Source: Callorhinchus milii (taxonomy: Eukaryota). From it: a stretch of 64,000 bases of DNA. The notes beneath the pieces are model-generated. The model was given only the letters and a program-made list of their open reading frames with translations. It was not told the DNA's origin and did not search any database. A program made the position numbers and the translations under genes. Shown one piece after another: positions 61,225 to 64,000 of the stretch. Location of the stretch: contig NW_024704742.1 of NCBI RefSeq assembly GCF_018977255.1, positions 7,132,001 to 7,196,000 on the forward strand, in the 5' to 3' direction. Numbering within the stretch: the first letter of the stretch is position 1; every line of letters starts with the position of its first letter.

Positions 61225-61420
61225 TTCTTAGAAGGATCTTGAGACAGGTCTTGAAGGAGCCAGGGAGGTTGTGAGGCGGAGGGACTGTGGGAAGGGGTTC
61301 CAGAGGTTGGGGGCAGAGAGGCTGAAGGCTCGCACACCAATGCTGGGTCGGGCAAGGCGGGGGACATGAAGCAGGCCGGAGCCTGCTGAGAGGAAGGAGC
61401 GGACAGGTTGGTAGGGTATA
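61225..61420 (-). mobile_element. L2 fragment
   Basis: GGGGCAGAGAGGCTGAAGGCTCGCACACCAATG. Confidence 0.7.
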
Positions 61421-61624
61421 AAGAACTCTGATACGCTACCCCGTGTGAAGGGCTCAATATAAATCTAGGTTGCTGTTGTTTTATAAGTGACTGGGTGTGA
61501 CAGTCTGGCTCCAGTGACTGATATTGTGACTGGATGAGCAAGTAAATATTTGGCTTTGAGGTACCATTAAGTGCCAAACTCTGTGATCAACAATAGTTTA
61601 AAAGAGAATAAACCATCAATAATA

Positions 61625-61855
61625 GTACGAATAATCCTCGCTCTTGATGTAATGCCTTTCATGTCAGCAGGATGTCTCAGTCCCCTTCACAAGATTTATT
61701 GCAGAGCATATTTTGTAGGCAAATGTGGCAGTTAATTTGTTCACAGAAATGTCTGGCCAAAAGCCAATGAAATTTATTTGAGAGATTGTTGACCAGGACA
61801 CTGGGAGAAACCCTTCTCTCTTTTCGAATACTGTCATGGATCTTTAATGTCAATC
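61625..61855 (-). mobile_element. Older DeuSINE 3' part
   Basis: CCAGGACACTGGGAGAAACCCTTCTCTCTTTTCGAATA. Confidence 0.7.
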
Positions 61856-62219
61856 TTTAATGAGGAAATGATAGGAAGATATTCAGCCAGATTCCAAGAA
61901 AAAGATTGGAATCGGAAGAAAAACACCCCTGAATCAATGGTCGGCATCTCATTTATCCTGCAGTAGTAGCAAGGCTGGTGACGACAGCCTCGATAAACAC
62001 AGCTCTACAGATTGCTTTTCAGAACGTGTTAAAAGCAATGTTAGATTTTCCCGATCTTGATAATTATGAGCCATCCTACCTCTACTGACATGTTGCTCAA
62101 TCCAGTGCGTTAGCTATCAAATCACCAGATCTGATCTTTACCCAACACAGCTCTCCTGGAGTGAGTAAAATGAGCTCCCTCCTAGGGGCTAAAGACATCA
62201 CCCAATGGGACTTGCAATC

Positions 62220-62430
62220 TAATTTACATTTATATTACACTTTTTACGTCAGGAGGACATATCAAAGTGCTTGACAATCCTGGCTGGGTACCCAAGCTGG
62301 GGGTGGGGAGGGGAAAGATATCTGAAAGCACGATTAAAGAGCTATGTTTTAAGACGTGCCTTGAATGAGGGGAGGGAAGGAGTGAGTCAAGGGGATCCGG
62401 GATGGAGTTCCTGAGAGTGGGGAACCACAC
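62220..62430 (-). mobile_element. L2 3' end
   Basis: TTACATTTATATTACAC..CGTCAGGAGGACAT..GGATGGAGTTCCTGAGAGTGGGG. Confidence 0.7.
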
Positions 62431-64000
62431 TTAGTTTAAACTGTGTGGCTGCATTTAACTTGAATGGAGCTTTGGAACATCCTCCCAATGTGAAAGGTGC
62501 TATCTATATAAGTGCAATTTGTTGTTCTTTTACTCTGCTCGTGACCATTGAATAAAGGAATCAAACATACATTTGCAAGCTGCAGTTTTTAATAGTATTG
62601 AGTCTTAGGGGAGTGGGTAGTATTAATATATCCCCTGGAGAATGGGAGAGATTTGAGACCAGTATAAGGGGACAGAATCTCCTAGGGTCTTTAATAAATG
62701 GGTCTGAGCAAAGTGAACACAGTTCTGAAGGGGGCTAGCCAACGGCATCAAAACTGAACCTAACTCAGTGCAAATGGGCAGAATGGTGCTGTATTTCACA
62801 CCAAAGGCTCATAATGCCGTCTCCTGGGGAAAAAAATGGGGGGAAACATTCACATTGGTGCAGTAATTAATTCTCTTCTGACGTTAAGGGATATTGTGGT
62901 AGAGTTAAGAGGCTTTATCCAGGGTCTAAACCAGGTTATACTTGGTCTGGGAGCACTTGATTTTGACAGTCAGTGCTGATGTTGAAAAATTGTTCCATTA
63001 GATGACACTAAATTTCCTGACCTTTCGGAGCACCAAAAAAAAATCCATAAAAGACTGTAACTTTTAGAAAACAAAGAAAATCTAACAGGCTGCTGTCAAC
63101 TTTGTGTGTGTGGGGTTGTTTGATGGCTCGAGCCCCAGGGTAATCATTCACTTGTAAGCAGATCCATAACCAGAACAGGATCAGGAACACAATACAGTCA
63201 GAGTTGTTTGAAACAACCATACGTTCCCCACCCACCCACTCACTCACTCAATCCATACGCCACCCCCCCTCCCCCCCCCAACCACCATCCGCCTTGAGAA
63301 AATATATACCATGTTACTTTCACTAGTAGCGGAGGAATGTGGAGGAATCTTTTATCTCTCCGTGTCTTCTCCAAAATAAAAGAGACGTTAAGGAATGCTA
63401 TCTCTCGTGCTGCACACTCTCAGCGTGTATATAATCATCAATGGCCCTGACAAAGTGAATGCCTACCCTCAATTATGGCCCCCAAAGTGCCTTCGGGCAT
63501 CATACATCTGAAAAAGAAGACAGCACAAGTGGAAGACTGAGCTACATGCCTGCAGTGTCTCCCGAGCAGAGCGCTGACACGAAGAGACATCCTGAGATGA
63601 ACAGGCTTAGCCCGTGCTGAACCCAGGAAGGTCTGTAATACCATCTGGACTTTGAGGGAACTATCACTTTCACACAGACAAGGAGAGGCCGAGCTTTACC
63701 TTGTGTGGGTCGGCTGACAGTGAGGAATGATCATGTTCCTGTTGGGGAAGGCTGATTAAAAAAACTATACACCGGACGCTTTCATATTTGATACATAAGG
63801 TTAAAACGACATCATAAGTCAATGGAACAGACAAATCTAACTTTTTAAAGAGGAATCCGATAAGTCACAAATAAAGGACGAGTCATTATTAAGACATAAA
63901 ATTGCAGTCAAATCCCAACTAAACTTTGGTTTAACAAAAGTTGTGACAACCGTGTTATTCCCAGGAAGGGGGAAAGAGGAGCCAATTTGGGATTAGGCTA

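Overview
Eukaryotic, repeat-dense, largely non-coding DNA. The repeat repertoire (tRNA-headed and Deu-domain SINEs with L2-type tails, L2 and CR1 LINE fragments, an LF-SINE-like head) points to a cartilaginous fish, most likely a chimaera; this is inference from recalled repeat families, not a database result. No complete gene is visible, and most listed ORFs are read-throughs of SINEs, LINEs or microsatellites. The only convincing protein homologies are decayed L2 and CR1 ORF2 pieces. One possible host terminal exon (minus strand, 14163-14534) encodes two hydrophobic helices. Items most worth a second look: (1) a back-to-back inverted pair of Penelope-type minimal hammerhead ribozyme motifs at about 60.0-60.3 kb; (2) an unassigned ~0.5-0.7 kb interspersed family (9 pieces) with a fixed 3' stem-loop plus oligo-A and variable 5' ends; (3) a young SINE with a near-intact tRNA-Ala cloverleaf grafted onto the 3' half of an older DeuSINE, in long/short and two tail variants; (4) a candidate solo LTR with an intact CCAAT x3/TATA/polyA layout; (5) a nested L2 with a 420-bp-period duplication; (6) a long hairpin at 5.03-5.13 kb; (7) a palindromic array of GGAAGT motifs at 27.2-27.4 kb. 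Repeat boundaries are read by eye and are approximate.
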